A DNA stretch of 64,000 bases from Desulfosoma sp. (GTDB taxonomy: Bacteria > Desulfobacterota > Syntrophobacteria > Syntrophobacterales > DSM-9756), in contig JBBFKW010000007.1 in the NCBI GenBank assembly GCA_037481835.1, positions 116,247-180,246 of the forward strand, read 5' to 3'. Both the position numbers and the translations under genes were made by a program. The stretch's first letter is position 1, and each line of letters starts with the position of its first letter. This document shows positions 39,967-49,008 of this stretch, piece by piece. The notes below the pieces were generated by a model. The model was given only the letters and a program-made list of their open reading frames with translations. It was not told where the DNA came from and ran no database searches.

Positions 39967-40695
39967 ATGAGCTTCTTCTGTTACCTCATCGTGGACCGCT
40001 GCTGCGTGTTGGCGGCGGACAACAAAAAGCACGTCGTCACCGTGAAAACCACAGGGGAAGGCCGATCCACGGTCGAAGAGCTGACCGCCGGTGATGCGCG
40101 CAAGATCTTCCCTCTGGGGGACGGCTGGTGGATGACGGGGGTGGGCCTATCCGCCTTTCTCCAGAAGGTTCTGGGCCAAGTGCGAGAGGCTCTTCAAGGC
40201 GCCCGGCCGGGTGCCGAACCGCCCTTTGCCGTTATGGAGAGGTTGGCGGAAAATCCCGGGTGGATGCAGCGCCTCTACCGTCAGGGTTTGGAGGCCCTGA
40301 GAGACAGGCTTCCTGCTGGGCTAGGACAGATCGAAGCGCTGGAAGGGGTTCAGGAAATCGTTTTTGCGGGCTTCGACGCCGCGTCTTTTCCCGTTGTCCT
40401 GCGCTCGCGAAGTGACGCCGACTTCGCCTTCCGGCGTGGGTGCGGCCCCGGCGTCGTGGGTTTTACCGGCGAAAACGGCTTCTGGGATTCGGCTGTTGAA
40501 GAAGGAATCCGCGTTTTCCTTGCCGATGTGGCCGAAGACCTCCGGGCATGTCCCCCGGCCCGAATCGCAGACCGTGCCTGGGATCTTCTCCCCCCGCTCT
40601 TTCAAAGACTCTCCCGCGCTTTTCCCCGGTGGCTTTCGGCGCACGGAGACCTGGTGTGCCTCACGCCCCAGGGTCATCGCTGGTTTCTTTTCTGA
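39967..40695 (+). CDS. Proteasome-beta/HslV-like Ntn-hydrolase-fold protein with N-terminal Ser
   Basis: After Met removal: S1, VLAAD17, RKIF with Gly 14 residues later (K33/G47 spacing), IVFAGFD. Confidence 0.65.
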   Translation: MSFFCYLIVDRCCVLAADNKKHVVTVKTTGEGRSTVEELTAGDARKIFPLGDGWWMTGVGLSAFLQKVLGQVREALQGARPGAEPPFAVMERLAENPGWMQRLYRQGLEALRDRLPAGLGQIEALEGVQEIVFAGFDAASFPVVLRSRSDADFAFRRGCGPGVVGFTGENGFWDSAVEEGIRVFLADVAEDLRACPPARIADRAWDLLPPLFQRLSRAFPRWLSAHGDLVCLTPQGHRWFLF

Positions 40696-40743
40696 TTTCG
40701 CGAAACTTCTCGAGAAGCAGGCTTTCAGGCTTTTTCATTTTTC

Positions 40744-41604
40744 TTACAGCGTCAGGAAGCTTCGAGCGTCTTCCATGGCTTCGATGATCTTGATCAGGTA
40801 TCCGTCGATGCGTTCCTGAGTGATCCCCAATTTTTCCAGGATCTTATCTGAATCGGGTTGGAGGAAATCGGCGGCGCTCACCCCGATCCCGATGCTGTGG
40901 ACCAACCGATTGGCCGCATAGAGGATGGCGGCCACGTCCTGGTGATGCTTGGCGTCTGTGGGATTGTGGTGGAATCGGATCCCCGTTTGGACCTCCGGGG
41001 GGAAGTTCCATCGATGGGCGATGAGGGCGCCGAGATCCTGATGGTTGATCCCGATGACTTCCCGTTCGGCTTCAAGGAATGGGATGCGGCGCTCTTTCGC
41101 CAGCAGATAAATGGTGTCGAAATAGTCGGGAACCTGCCGGTCCAGAACCGTTTTGCCGATGTCGTGGAGCAACCCCGCCGTGTAGATGGTCAGGACCCGT
41201 TGTCTTTGAAGGTCTTCGGCGATGATTTGAGAAAGGAGCGCTACGGCCACCGAATGAATCCAAAGTTCGCCTTCGCGCAGATCGTAGGACCTCAGCTGGC
41301 CTCGGAAGTAATGGGCCGAACAGGCCATGAGAATGATTTCCACGAGCTGGCGCTGCCCGAGGACGATGATGGCGTCGCGCAGCGAACGGATCTTGTAGCG
41401 TCGGGCGTAAAAAGGGGATCGGGCGATGGAAAGGACCCGGGCGGTGATCGCTTGATCGTAACGAATGACGGCCTCGATTTCCGCAACGGGGGCCATGGCC
41501 CTCAGCAAAGGGATGACGCGGGTGACCACCTTGGGAAACGGCGGCAGCCGATCCACGGCTCTGAGGATTTCATCCAGAGCGGGCTTGGTGACGATGGTGG
41601 CCAT
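40744..41604 (-). CDS. HDOD domain protein
   Basis: LPPFP, DQAITARVL, WIHSVAVA, AGLLHDIGK, HRWNFP..IRFHH. Confidence 0.9.
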   Translation of the reverse strand: MATIVTKPALDEILRAVDRLPPFPKVVTRVIPLLRAMAPVAEIEAVIRYDQAITARVLSIARSPFYARRYKIRSLRDAIIVLGQRQLVEIILMACSAHYFRGQLRSYDLREGELWIHSVAVALLSQIIAEDLQRQRVLTIYTAGLLHDIGKTVLDRQVPDYFDTIYLLAKERRIPFLEAEREVIGINHQDLGALIAHRWNFPPEVQTGIRFHHNPTDAKHHQDVAAILYAANRLVHSIGIGVSAADFLQPDSDKILEKLGITQERIDGYLIKIIEAMEDARSFLTL

Positions 41605-41648
41605 GGCTTGCGTCGCGCTCCTTCGAGCGTCCCCATGCCCCGTGAAAT

Positions 41649-42176
41649 TCACAGGGGCGGCAGGAGGTGGAATTCCCGCCCGTACCGAACCTGATCCACG
41701 TTTTCCAACTGCTCGATCACCTGTTGGATTTCCGTGGGATCGTCCACAAGATCCCGGGCTTTCTGCAAGAGATGGATGGCGGCCTGCAGGTAGATCCCCG
41801 CCTTGGTCCGGCGCACCTCGTAGTCGGCCCCGATCCAAATGGTGAAGGACTTGTCGTCCTGTTCCACCGTGAAATTGCCGACCCCCCTAGCAAACCGCCC
41901 GAGGGCCTGCAGGACGCCGATCACTTTCTTGTGCGTCTGCGCATCAACGACGCCTTCCATGTCGATACGGAATTTGCCCGTGTGCGGATCGAACTCCACG
42001 ACCGGAAGCGCGTCCGATTCCTCCAGGGATCGGGCCGTCTCCTTGAGGAAACGAAGAGGCGGGCCAAGCTCCTTGTCCCGGGAAGGGTCCAAAATCACGG
42101 AACCGTAATAGGATGCGTAGACTTCCATCGAGTCCATCTCCCCCAAACTCTCATCGGTCGTTTCCTCAAAAAACAT
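41649..42176 (-). CDS. Hypothetical protein
   Basis: Plausible ORF co-oriented with the HDOD gene; start may be an internal Met. Confidence 0.6.
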   Translation of the reverse strand: MFFEETTDESLGEMDSMEVYASYYGSVILDPSRDKELGPPLRFLKETARSLEESDALPVVEFDPHTGKFRIDMEGVVDAQTHKKVIGVLQALGRFARGVGNFTVEQDDKSFTIWIGADYEVRRTKAGIYLQAAIHLLQKARDLVDDPTEIQQVIEQLENVDQVRYGREFHLLPPL

Positions 42177-42299
42177 AAATTTTTTCCCGCCCCTTCGGCC
42201 CACCCCTTTGACCGTTCAGGGGGCGTTCTTAAAGTAATGCGTACGAAGTCTATGACGCGTCGGGGATCTTCTGGCAATCCTTTTCGGAGAGGCACCGTG

Positions 42300-42662
42300 A
42301 TGATGGATGAGGAAGCCTTGAAAAATCGGCGGGATCTTGTGGCGGAAATCGACTGGGACATGACGCCCGAACGGGCCGTGGAAACGTACCTGGAATGGGG
42401 CACGGGATGGTCCCGCAAAGGGCAGGCCGCCACGGTTCCCGGTCAGGAATCGCTCTATTTCGTGATTTACGCGTGGGAAGAGCCGCCCCAGGCCACCCTG
42501 GTCCGGCAAAATTCCCTAGGAATGGAAGAAGTGGCCAAGATCGCCGTGCCGGCTCCCATGGTGCGGGAAATCGTGGAACGCGAAGGTCGAAAACCCGGGG
42601 TCGGAGTCTACGCCTTGAGCGATGAGCTGAAACGACGGCTTCAAGAGCGCCTGGGCCTTTAG
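42300..42662 (+). CDS. DVU0772-like protein
   Basis: IDWDMTPERAVETYLEWG signature, YFVIYAWEEPP. Confidence 0.7.
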   Translation: MMDEEALKNRRDLVAEIDWDMTPERAVETYLEWGTGWSRKGQAATVPGQESLYFVIYAWEEPPQATLVRQNSLGMEEVAKIAVPAPMVREIVEREGRKPGVGVYALSDELKRRLQERLGL

Positions 42663-42676
42663 ATCGGCCATGGCTT

Positions 42677-43561
42677 TCAGAATGCGCCTCGATAGAAGGC
42701 GAGCCTTTTGCTGTAGGGGCGAAAGACATTCAGCACTGCGGCCTGTTCGTCCGGCGTCATGGGCTGAAAGGGTCGAGCGCATGAGGCTAAGGTACGCACT
42801 TGGTCCGGGGTGCGGCATCCCACGACGATCAAGGTCACGGGCTGGGACAGGGCGAACCGGATAAGCATTTCGGCGGTGATTCCGGCTCCTGGCGCCAGAT
42901 ATTCCCCCGCCCCCAAAACCTTCATGCCGATAACGGCCATCCCCTTTTCAGCGGCGGCGGGAAGCGTTTCATCCAGAAAGCCGCCCAGCAGGGCTTCCAC
43001 GGGGTTGACGGGAAGGAGGACCGCATCCAGGGGCCATCGCATGACGGCGTGCGTGAGCACCGCAGGATCGTGATGGCCGGTGACGCCGATCCATCGCGTC
43101 ATGCCCGAGGCCTTGGCTTCCAGAAAGGCGTGGAGCGCCCCGCCGGGTCTTTCCAAGGCCTCAAGGTCCTCCGCGGTCCGCACATCGTGGATTTGCCAAA
43201 GATCCAGTCGGGAAACACCCATGCGCCCAAAGGTCCGCTCCAAATCGCGAAGCGCCTCGTCACGAGTCCGTTTTGCCGACTTGCTTGCCTGAAAAATCCC
43301 CTGCCGGGCCTCCGGCCTTTTTTTCCATACCGAACCGTAATAATCTTCGCTCCCCGCATAGGCCGGAGCGCTATCAAAATAAAGAAGGCCCTCCCTCAGG
43401 GCCGTCTCGATGACGGCTCGAGCGCCGTCCCAATGGTCATGGGTGCGCAGGATCCCTTCGCCGCCCAGACCCACCCGGGTGACGGACTCCCCCGTGCGGC
43501 CGAAGATCACCCGATCCAAAGGCTCACGGGCTTCCGCGGACAACGCTTCTCCTTTTCCCAT
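42677..43561 (-). CDS. Aldo/keto reductase
   Basis: FGRTG..VTRVGLG, YFDSAPAY, SK, LDLWQIHD, IGVTGH, GMKVLG. Confidence 0.92.
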   Translation of the reverse strand: MGKGEALSAEAREPLDRVIFGRTGESVTRVGLGGEGILRTHDHWDGARAVIETALREGLLYFDSAPAYAGSEDYYGSVWKKRPEARQGIFQASKSAKRTRDEALRDLERTFGRMGVSRLDLWQIHDVRTAEDLEALERPGGALHAFLEAKASGMTRWIGVTGHHDPAVLTHAVMRWPLDAVLLPVNPVEALLGGFLDETLPAAAEKGMAVIGMKVLGAGEYLAPGAGITAEMLIRFALSQPVTLIVVGCRTPDQVRTLASCARPFQPMTPDEQAAVLNVFRPYSKRLAFYRGAF

Positions 43562-43585
43562 GCCCCAGGACTTTTGCTGCCGTCG

Positions 43586-43628
43586 AAAAAAAAGACCAGA
43601 CGGCGGGGCTGTACCGTCTGGCCTTTTT
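43586..43628 (-). terminator. Intrinsic terminator
   Basis: GGCCAGACGG-loop-CCGTCTGGTC followed by T8 on the minus strand. Confidence 0.7.
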
Positions 43629-43658
43629 CGAGGAGGAAAGAGTTGGTTTCTTTCGCTG
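43586..43658 (-). ncRNA. Candidate ~72-nt sigma54-dependent sRNA or attenuated leader with CCUCCU motif
   Basis: Between a consensus -24/-12 promoter and a stem-loop + U8; contains CUCUUUCCUCCUC. Confidence 0.45.
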
Positions 43659-43668
43659 GTTGTGCAGA

Positions 43669-43685
43669 AGCAAACGGTGTGCCAA
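43669..43685 (-). promoter_or_regulatory. Sigma54 (-24/-12) promoter
   Basis: TTGGCAC-ACCGT-TTGCT matches TGGCAC-N5-TTGC(A/T). Confidence 0.75.
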
Positions 43686-43827
43686 GAGGGGCCGCCAGGC
43701 TGTCGACCCGCTTTCCCCAAGAGGGGATGCCCTGTCCTTCCTTGTCCTGCCCCACCCCGTCTCGCCTTGAATCGCGCCCTAATCGCGCCATATCCGCCTT
43801 AATCCCGCCTTTTTCTCGCCAAAGGTG

Positions 43828-44271
43828 TCACCGCCGCAGCAGGCGGCGCCACCATGGTTTCTTGAGCTGGTGCAGTTCGGCTTCCAGTCGGCCGATGAGG
43901 TGTTCTTTTTCCAGCAAGAGAGCATTTTTTTCTTGGGCTTCCGTTCGATAAAATTCCAAGAGTTGGCTTTGATAGCGCAGTCGGCCCAGCTCTTCCAGCA
44001 AGGCGTCGTAGTGGGGCACGGGAATGGAGACCGTGTGGTCCTGGACCCTTTTGGAAGGGGCAGGCTCCCGGTGCGTGCTGACGGGTTCTTCCGTTTCGCG
44101 GGGCCTTCGCTTCTTTTCTTCCAGGAGCGCTTTGACTTCCTGGGCGGGGATGAAGACCCTCTTGCCCTGACGGATGGATTCCATCTTGCCCGTGCGTTCC
44201 AGGTACTCTTCCAGGGTATCCGGGGAAACGCCGAGGGCCTGGGCTGCGGTGCGGACGGTCATGCGTGCCAT
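43828..44271 (-). CDS. MerR/excisionase-type HTH protein with coiled coil and basic-aromatic C-terminal helix
   Basis: MTVRTAAQALGVSPDTL HTH; coiled coil; ends KKPWWRRLLRR. Confidence 0.75.
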   Translation of the reverse strand: MARMTVRTAAQALGVSPDTLEEYLERTGKMESIRQGKRVFIPAQEVKALLEEKKRRPRETEEPVSTHREPAPSKRVQDHTVSIPVPHYDALLEELGRLRYQSQLLEFYRTEAQEKNALLLEKEHLIGRLEAELHQLKKPWWRRLLRR

Positions 44272-44443
44272 GCGGCTCCCTCCTCAAAGGCAGGCTCCCT
44301 TGGTTGACCATCTGTAACATAAAAGCCTTTCCATCCCAAGAGCTTGTTTGCATTCCGAGGGCAACGTGTTCTATTAGGAGCAGGCATTTTTTCTCAACCA
44401 CAACGAGAGCCGCCAAGCGGCTCGACAAGGGGAAGGACGGACC

Positions 44444-45277
44444 GTGTCGGATGATGCCTTTCCCGCCATCGTCCAACATCTGTCCGAAATCCGGGGGCTC
44501 CGGGTTCGGGGGATTCGCACGGCCGTCTTGGAGCGGCGCTGTCGCGAAAGGGCGGATCGGGCAGGGTGTGGAACGCTTTTGGACTATCTGAAGATTCTGC
44601 AAACCTGTCCCGAAGAAGTGAACGCCCTTTTGGACGCTTTGGTGGTGGGTTACACGCGGTTTTTCCGGGACCCTCTGACAGACGTTTTCCTCCATCAGCG
44701 GGTACTTCCGGAGATGATCCGCACCAAGGTGGAGCTTGGGCAGGATTTCTTCCGCGTGTGGTCGGCGGGGTGCGCCACCGGCGAGGAAGCTTACAGCTTG
44801 GCTTTGATCCTTTGGGATACGGCCCCGAAGGTTTCCGAAACCTTTCGCCTCCACGTGTTGGGAACAGACCGGGACGCCGGGGCTTTGGAAGTGGCCCGCT
44901 TGGGACGGTACGACAGGGACCGCCTCGGTGATCTTCCCCTAAGATTGGCAGACCGCTGTTTCCGGCACGAAGGCGGGTTCTTTCAAGTGGTGCCGGAACT
45001 TCAGAGTCTCGTGCGTTTCGTCGTCCATGATCTGCTACAGGACGAGCCGACGCCTCTCGCGGAGGCGGTTTTCGAAGATTTCGACCTGATCTCCTGCCGG
45101 AACGTGCTCATGTATTACGATCGCCTGACCCGGGAGAAGATCCTGCGGCGGCTGCACCGGAGCTTGGAGATGGGGGGAGTGCTCGTGTTGGGTGCCGTGG
45201 AGGGGGTCCCGCCGGGTTTGGGCGGGGCTTTTCAAAGGCTGGATTCGTGCTGTCCCGTGTACCGTAAAGTGGCATAG
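44444..45277 (+). CDS. cheR: CheR-type protein-glutamate O-methyltransferase
   Basis: TRFFRD, VWSAGCATGEEAYSLA, FDLISCRNVLMY. Confidence 0.92.
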   Translation: MSDDAFPAIVQHLSEIRGLRVRGIRTAVLERRCRERADRAGCGTLLDYLKILQTCPEEVNALLDALVVGYTRFFRDPLTDVFLHQRVLPEMIRTKVELGQDFFRVWSAGCATGEEAYSLALILWDTAPKVSETFRLHVLGTDRDAGALEVARLGRYDRDRLGDLPLRLADRCFRHEGGFFQVVPELQSLVRFVVHDLLQDEPTPLAEAVFEDFDLISCRNVLMYYDRLTREKILRRLHRSLEMGGVLVLGAVEGVPPGLGGAFQRLDSCCPVYRKVA

Positions 45278-45285
45278 GAGCCTTT

Positions 45286-48200
45286 ATGGATCTTTTTCGG
45301 AGAGCGAGCCTCAAGAGGCGGCTGGTTTTTTGGTTCATCGCGGTGGGATGGCTGCCTGTGGCCTTGGCCTCTTTTCATGTCTATCGGCATGAGGCGGATC
45401 GGCGCCGGCATGAAGGATTGGCCTTCTTATGGGAGGTGCACCAGCGCCGCGCGGCGGCCGTGGACCGGTGGGTGCATGCCATAAATCATTTGTTCGATCT
45501 TGCGGAATCCCAAATGGGAGTCCTGATGGGTGGGGAAAGCCCGAACCTGGGTCGGATATTGACGGGGCAGGCGCGCTCCCTGACCAATGGGCCGGCGCTC
45601 TGGATCGTGGAAGGGCGTCAGGTGCGCCCCCTGGACCCTGCCAATGCCGCTTCAGCCCAAGGCGAGACCATTCCGGGTGATGTACTGAAAGACCTGCAAG
45701 ACCTGAAGACGCGTTCCGTCGGAAGATTGTCCGTGTCACCGTCTGGATCCGCCGTGCGCGTCTTTTCTTCGGTGCCCCTCTACGGCGGGACGGACACAAA
45801 GATCCCGGCGGCCCACTTGGTCTTGAGCATTCCGGGAAGGGATCCTTTCCGGGATCTTTTGTCCGAAGAAGCCCATGTCCCCTCGCTGTTTCTTTCCTAC
45901 GTACAAACCGAAGACCGATATTATGACCCTATCAAGGACGTTTTCACCCGGTTTCCCCGGGACCTGCAGCCCACACACTCGGTCAGGGAACGTCACCATT
46001 TCGACGGAGCGCCCCCCGTTTTGGACGGAGCGGCGCGCAACGGCGATTTTTGGGTGGCGGAAAGCCTCGTTACCGGAACGCCGTGGAAGCTCGTCACCCT
46101 CTTTTCCCTGTCCGGCCTCGATGAGGATCTCAATAACCTTCGGCATCGCCTGCTCCTCGTTGTCGTGCTGAGCGCCCTCGGTTTTGTGGGTCTTGCGGGG
46201 TTTTTGAGTCGCCGGCTCACGGTCCCGCTGGATGCCATGAGGGTGGCGGCGATGGAGATAAGCCGCGGGAATCTTGCCGTACGGTACGATGCGGCGCGTG
46301 GGGATGAGTTCGGCGAGGTGGCGGAGTCGTTGAACGCCATGGTTCGGTCTTTGGAACAACGGCTGGACATGCAGCAGACCGCGGCGATCCTCCACGAAAC
46401 CATGGTCACGGCGGAGGACATGGAACACTTTGTGGACGCCATGCTCCTGCGTCTGATGGAGGTTACGGGTGCGGAAGCCGGGGCCGGTTATGTTTTGGAT
46501 GCCCACCAGGGGCTGTTCCGGCCAGCCTGTAGTGTGGGGCTCCGAGCGGAGGCCCTGGGGGCCTTTGATGCGGGGCTGAGGGAAGGGGAGTTGGGTCGAG
46601 CCCTCACTACCGGCCGCCTGGTACGTCTCAGGGAGGCGCCGCCCCACGAGCGATACGTGTACCGGGCGGTTGCGGGAGAGATGGTTCCCAAGGAAGTGCT
46701 TACAGTGCCCGTCAAGGGAGACGATCGGATCGCCGTGATCTTTTCCCTGGTTTCCCTGGGTTCTTTTGCGGAAGAGAACATCCGGGTTTTGGAAGAAGTG
46801 CGCCATGCCATGGATACGGCGTGCGCCCGTTTCCTTGCCGTGGAACGCATTCGGCACATGGGCCGAGAGCTTTCGGAAAAGAATGCGCAGCTTCAGGAAC
46901 AAAAAAAAGAACTGGAGATTCAGGCCGAAGAGCTGCAGGTGCAGGCGGAGGAGCTCGTGGCGCAAAACATTGCGCTGGAGGCCCAGCAAAAGGAGCTCGA
47001 CGCGGCGAACCGGTTGAAGGATGAGTTTCTCGCGACCATGAGCCACGAGCTGCGCACGCCGTTGCATTCCATCCTGGCGTTGTCCCGCCTTTTGCAAGGG
47101 CACGAGGCCGACCTTGATGAGTCCCGCCGGCGCGATTACGTGCACCTTATCGAAAAGAACGGCACCGTGCTGCTGGAGCTCATCAACGATGTTCTGGATT
47201 TGTCCAAGATTGAAGCCGGCCGCTTGGATGTGTTTCCTGAAGCCGTGGACCCCGAAGGGGTGGTGCGGACCCTCGCCGAAAATCTAAGGCCTCTGGCGGA
47301 AAAGAAAGGCGTGGAATTCCATGTCCATGTGGAAAAGGGGCTCTCTCGGGTGGAAACGGACGCCGCAAGGCTCTACCAGATCCTGCAGAACCTGGCGGCC
47401 AATGCCTTGAAATTTACGGATCGGGGCAAAGTGACCATACACGTCAGGCATCATGGGGACGATGTGGTTTTTTCCGTGGAAGATACGGGAATCGGCATTC
47501 CGGAATCCGATCTCCCCTATATTTTTGAAAAATTCCGACAGGTGAACGGGACCACGAGCCGCCGTCACGAAGGAACGGGCTTGGGTTTGGCCATCGCCAA
47601 GAAGCTGACGGAACGGTTGGGGGGCGCCTTATGGGCGGAGAGCCGCTTGGGGCACGGATCTGTCTTTCACTTGAAAATCCCCGCCTTGTGGAAGGGGCCT
47701 GAAGCGGTCAAGGCGGCCGATGATCCTCGGAAGGCGGACCGAACCGACGCGCCCACGGTTGTCGTGGTGGATGACGACCCCAAGATTCTGGCCTCCATGC
47801 GGGATTGGCTCGAAGCCGAGGGGTACCGGACGGAGACCTTTGGTTCCGTGGCGGAGGCCGTGGCCTTTTGTGAAAAGGCGCCTCCGGCTGTGATTTTTGC
47901 GGATGTGGTGCTTCCCGACGGAGATGGGTACCAAGTGGTGCGCCGGTGCCGTCGATGGGAAGCGCTGAAGAAGGTGCCCGTGGTGCTCATGTCCGCCGCA
48001 CGGGACGACGGCACGGCCCGGGCCATGGGCGCAGACGGCTTTGTGGGAAAACCCCTCAGCCGAGCCCGTGTCTTGTACCATGTGGATCGGCTCCTTCGCC
48101 TGAAAGATTTGCCCTTCGACCCTTCGACCAAGCGGATCCTTGTGGTGGAAGACGACGAGGCGGCGTTGCTGCAATTACAGGCGGTTTTGGAAGGGGCGGG

Positions 48201-49008
48201 CTACAGGACGGCCGCAGCCGCCACGGGTCGCGAGGCTCTGGATCTCGTCGGGCGTGAGCGGCCCGACGGTATCGTCTTGGACCTGAAATTGCCCGACCTG
48301 GATGGATGGTCGGTTCTGGAAAAGCTTCGGGCCCGGGAGGACACGCGGGACGTCCCTGTTTTGGTGTTCACGGCCCAGGAAATCACCCCTGAGGCCTTGG
48401 GCCGGCTGAAAGCGAACCACATCTTTCAACTGGTCTTGAAAGGGGACATCCGCCGGCGGGAACTGGTGCGCCGCGTCGATGCCATGATGAAAGAATCGGG
48501 GCAAGAGACCGCTGGCCAAAGCTCGAGGGCGCGGGATGAGCGGCCCTCTGAGGAATCGGGGATTGGGGAGGCCGGCTTGTCCCAGGTACAGGGGCCGCCT
48601 CGTAGAGGACGAGTGCTTATTGTAGAAGATCATCCGGACAACCGGATGCTCCTGGCGGATTATCTGGGGGCGGAATTCGACCTTGCCGAGGCCGCCGACG
48701 GCGAGGAAGGATGGCGGCTGATCCAGGAATGGAAGCCGGATGTGGTCCTTTTGGATATATCCCTGCCCGGGATGGACGGCTTGGAAGTGGCCCGCCGGGT
48801 TTGGGAGAATGAAGAAACGCGGCGGATTCCCCTTATCGCCATGACGGCCCATGTCATGGGGGGAGATCGAGAAAAGGTGCTTCGGGCGGGTTTTTCGGAC
48901 TACGTGGGCAAGCCGTTCCGGCTCGATGATCTGCGCACGAAACTCCGTACGTGGTTGGCCGGGCTTGAAGGGCGCCCGGAGCGGCTCGGAGAAGACGATC
49001 ATGAGTGA
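45286..49008 (+). CDS. Hybrid sensor histidine kinase (2 TM, HAMP, GAF, coiled coil, HisKA, HATPase, three REC)
   Basis: MSHELRTPL H-box, NALKFT, DTGIGI, GTGLGL; three receivers (FADVVLP, VLDLKLP, LLDISLP). Confidence 0.94.
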   Translation: MDLFRRASLKRRLVFWFIAVGWLPVALASFHVYRHEADRRRHEGLAFLWEVHQRRAAAVDRWVHAINHLFDLAESQMGVLMGGESPNLGRILTGQARSLTNGPALWIVEGRQVRPLDPANAASAQGETIPGDVLKDLQDLKTRSVGRLSVSPSGSAVRVFSSVPLYGGTDTKIPAAHLVLSIPGRDPFRDLLSEEAHVPSLFLSYVQTEDRYYDPIKDVFTRFPRDLQPTHSVRERHHFDGAPPVLDGAARNGDFWVAESLVTGTPWKLVTLFSLSGLDEDLNNLRHRLLLVVVLSALGFVGLAGFLSRRLTVPLDAMRVAAMEISRGNLAVRYDAARGDEFGEVAESLNAMVRSLEQRLDMQQTAAILHETMVTAEDMEHFVDAMLLRLMEVTGAEAGAGYVLDAHQGLFRPACSVGLRAEALGAFDAGLREGELGRALTTGRLVRLREAPPHERYVYRAVAGEMVPKEVLTVPVKGDDRIAVIFSLVSLGSFAEENIRVLEEVRHAMDTACARFLAVERIRHMGRELSEKNAQLQEQKKELEIQAEELQVQAEELVAQNIALEAQQKELDAANRLKDEFLATMSHELRTPLHSILALSRLLQGHEADLDESRRRDYVHLIEKNGTVLLELINDVLDLSKIEAGRLDVFPEAVDPEGVVRTLAENLRPLAEKKGVEFHVHVEKGLSRVETDAARLYQILQNLAANALKFTDRGKVTIHVRHHGDDVVFSVEDTGIGIPESDLPYIFEKFRQVNGTTSRRHEGTGLGLAIAKKLTERLGGALWAESRLGHGSVFHLKIPALWKGPEAVKAADDPRKADRTDAPTVVVVDDDPKILASMRDWLEAEGYRTETFGSVAEAVAFCEKAPPAVIFADVVLPDGDGYQVVRRCRRWEALKKVPVVLMSAARDDGTARAMGADGFVGKPLSRARVLYHVDRLLRLKDLPFDPSTKRILVVEDDEAALLQLQAVLEGAGYRTAAAATGREALDLVGRERPDGIVLDLKLPDLDGWSVLEKLRAREDTRDVPVLVFTAQEITPEALGRLKANHIFQLVLKGDIRRRELVRRVDAMMKESGQETAGQSSRARDERPSEESGIGEAGLSQVQGPPRRGRVLIVEDHPDNRMLLADYLGAEFDLAEAADGEEGWRLIQEWKPDVVLLDISLPGMDGLEVARRVWENEETRRIPLIAMTAHVMGGDREKVLRAGFSDYVGKPFRLDDLRTKLRTWLAGLEGRPERLGEDDHE

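Noticed and set aside
40698..40717. TTCGCGAAACTTCTCGAGAA as a Rex-like palindrome
   Set aside because: Several mismatches, and it lies between convergent gene ends
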